In this document: piece after piece, positions 62,018 through 64,000 of the stretch | Numbering within the stretch: position 1 is the first letter of the stretch | How the letters are laid out: each line of letters begins with the position of its first letter | Origin: Dudresnaya verticillata | Taxonomy: Eukaryota | Assembly: GCA_977862235.1 (NCBI GenBank) | Contig: OZ374564.1 | Location: forward strand, 1,302,001-1,366,000 | Direction: 5' to 3' | DNA: 64,000 nucleotides | Notes under the pieces: model-generated | Database searches by the model: none | What the model was told of the DNA's origin: nothing | What the model saw: only the letters and a program-made list of their open reading frames with translations | Program-made: the position numbers and the translations under genes

Positions 62018-62564
62018 CGGGATCCACGGTGTGCACGCGGGTGGGCAACCGCGACAGAAGGTTTTGTCCAAGGAGTTGTGCGTCGCGGGGCGGGGCGGGG
62101 GGGCGGGTGACGAGGCAGTCTGTATGCGGTCGCGTGCGGATTTGTGCACAGACGCGCACAGCACAGTGCACCCGTTGCACCAGAAAGCCGAAAACTGGTG
62201 ACGGGGTAGTCTGCAGGCGGCGCCGAGCACGCGCGGGGCGGGCCAGATGGGCGATGCGGCGCGCATGCAGCGCGCGCGGCGAGGGGCATGCTGCGGGCCG
62301 GCAATTTCCAATTTGGCCCAGTGCGGACCGCGGAGTGGGCCGCCCGGGCCAAATCGACGCAAGGAAATTGAAATTGAGAATACCTGGAAATATTTTGGGT
62401 AAATTCACGCAAACCGCCATAACTTTCGAAGGAATGGTCCGTTAGCCAATCGGATTTGACCACCGTACTCAGCGGACGCTCCCCTTTCCAACGATACCAG
62501 AAAATAGCTATTCAACTCCAGTCTGTTTAGAAAGTCGTATTCTGAAATCGCTCAAATGCGTGTT
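62018..62564 (-). repeat. Right terminal inverted repeat including the putative true end (..AAATGCGTGTT)
   Basis: Matches the left repeat up to 62449; the extra ~115 bp resembles 4790-4909; Gypsy pol resumes at ~62566. Confidence 0.85.
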
Positions 62565-62565
62565 A

Positions 62566-64000
62566 GGGGCGATATGAGCTTCGCTCTGAGCGTCTCATAT
62601 GCCTCGAGCGCGTCGGCGCTTGGATTGTCGAAATCCACATCCGCGTCTTTGCGGGTCATGTTCGTCAGAAGACGTGAGATCTTCGCAAAGTTGCGCAAGA
62701 AGCGGCGATAGACATAGCACGCTCCGAGGAACGACCTCACCTTCGTCAGGGAGGTCGGGAACTGCGCATCGCGGAAAGCGTCGCTGCTTGTCTGCGCCAT
62801 GCGTAGCTTCCCCAGTTCGATGATGTGGCCTAGATAGCCAACGAGTGACTGAAAGAAGTGGCACTTCTTCAGTTTCAGGGATACTCCTCCCTTGTGCAAC
62901 AGAGTCAGCACTTGGTATAGATGACCAACGTGCTCCGCGATCGACCGCTAGAAAATGATAACATCGTCTAGATATATCAGGAAACACTACCATCGGACGC
63001 CGCTGAGGATGATGTCCAGTGCGCGCTGGAAAGTCGCGGGGGCGTTCTTCAGCCCGAAAGGCATTCGCAAGTAGCGAAACGTCCCTAAGAATGACGTGAA
63101 TGTGTTGTTATCCCTGTCAGCCTCTGCGACAGGGATTTGCCAGTACCCCGTGTTGCAGTCCAACGTCGAGAAGACGGCTGCGTCGCCTAGACTGTCGATG
63201 CAGTCGTCCATCCTCGGTAGAGGGTACGCATCACTTAGCGTTTTCGTGTTGAGACGTCGATAGTCCACGCAAAACCTAAGTATGCCGTCCTTCTTGGGCA
63301 CCAGGACTACTGGACTACTGGTGATGCCCATTCCGAGGTGGCGGGCACGAAGCATGTTATCCACCTCGTCTTGCACCAGCTTGCGCATGGCAGGGCCCTG
63401 TCGGTAGGGCATTAACCGTATGGGGCGAGTGCCCCGTTCCACATCGATGTGGTGTCGGGTGACGGCAATAGTGCCCAGCCTCCCGTCCCACATGGACTGA
63501 TGCTTCCTGAGCATGGAGAGGACCTCCTTGCGGGTGACCTCGTCTTCGGTAGACGAGAGATCGACCTGCGCCTCCCAATCCTTGACGGACGGGTTGGCCT
63601 TCGCTGCGGCGGTAGCTGTGCCCTGCAGCGGCTGGGCGTCGGTGCCCTTCGCTGTCGACGGCGAGGTGGATGGTTCGACGGCATCCTGGTTGACCGGGGG
63701 CCTCTGCCACCGTGGTGGCAGGGTGGTGATATTCATCACCCGCCCGAACTCCTCCGCGACTTTGCGATCTGGAGGTATCAGCGCAACCGGGTTCCTAACC
63801 GCGTAGCCGACAATGGTACTCTTAGGCAGGGTCCGAGGCTTGTTGGTGAAGTTCCCGACGATGACCCCGAAAGGCCGCATCGACTCGACGTCGTGCACCC
63901 CGTTGGTAAGTCTCACGCCGTAGCGGAACTGCAACGAGGGTTTGGGTTGGGTGTGGATCAGCCCACTTGCTCCTGACGTCACGGAGACGAGCCTTTGGGA
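62566..64000 (-). pseudogene. pol: Pol fragment (RT region) of Gypsy copy C
   Basis: Near-identical to the reverse complement of ~28785-30224; stop at 62987; small deletion/frameshift near 63340; YLDD present. Confidence 0.93.

Larger units (their letters stand above)
39806..62564. mobile_element. Putative giant (~22.8 kb) TIR DNA transposon with transposase, DNA methyltransferase and cargo
   Basis: Inverted repeats 39806-40239 and 62018-62449; both flanks are same-orientation, collinear parts of Gypsy C; internal transposase homolog. Confidence 0.72.

Overview
Eukaryotic, transposon-dense DNA. Intronless genes, an RWP-RK gene, an NB-ARC-WD40 gene and the TE mix suggest a red alga (inference). 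Host-like genes: a CAMK-type kinase, a tandemly triplicated RWP-RK pseudogene and a secreted metallo-beta-lactamase-fold protein. Retroelements: DIRS remnants, nested solo LTRs, LINE fragments (RT and RLE types) and a multi-level nest of chromodomain Ty3/Gypsy elements with a long antisense ORF. The main finding is a ~22.8-kb segment (39806-62564) bounded by ~430-bp inverted repeats and lying inside a Gypsy copy. It holds a disrupted DUF7869-like putative transposase, an intact ParB-like/beta-class (DPPY) DNA amino-methyltransferase, captured host fragments (IDI, NB-ARC-WD40), an 80-bp perfect palindrome and an AGCT-rich double hairpin. The transposase N-terminus and the methyltransferase C-terminus share a ~90-aa domain, suggesting a co-evolved transposon-encoded methylation system. 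A related element ends at ~4909 with a similar terminus. Two copies of a 174-bp TG...CA element carry tRNA-like Pol III boxes. All calls are by eye; no searches were run.
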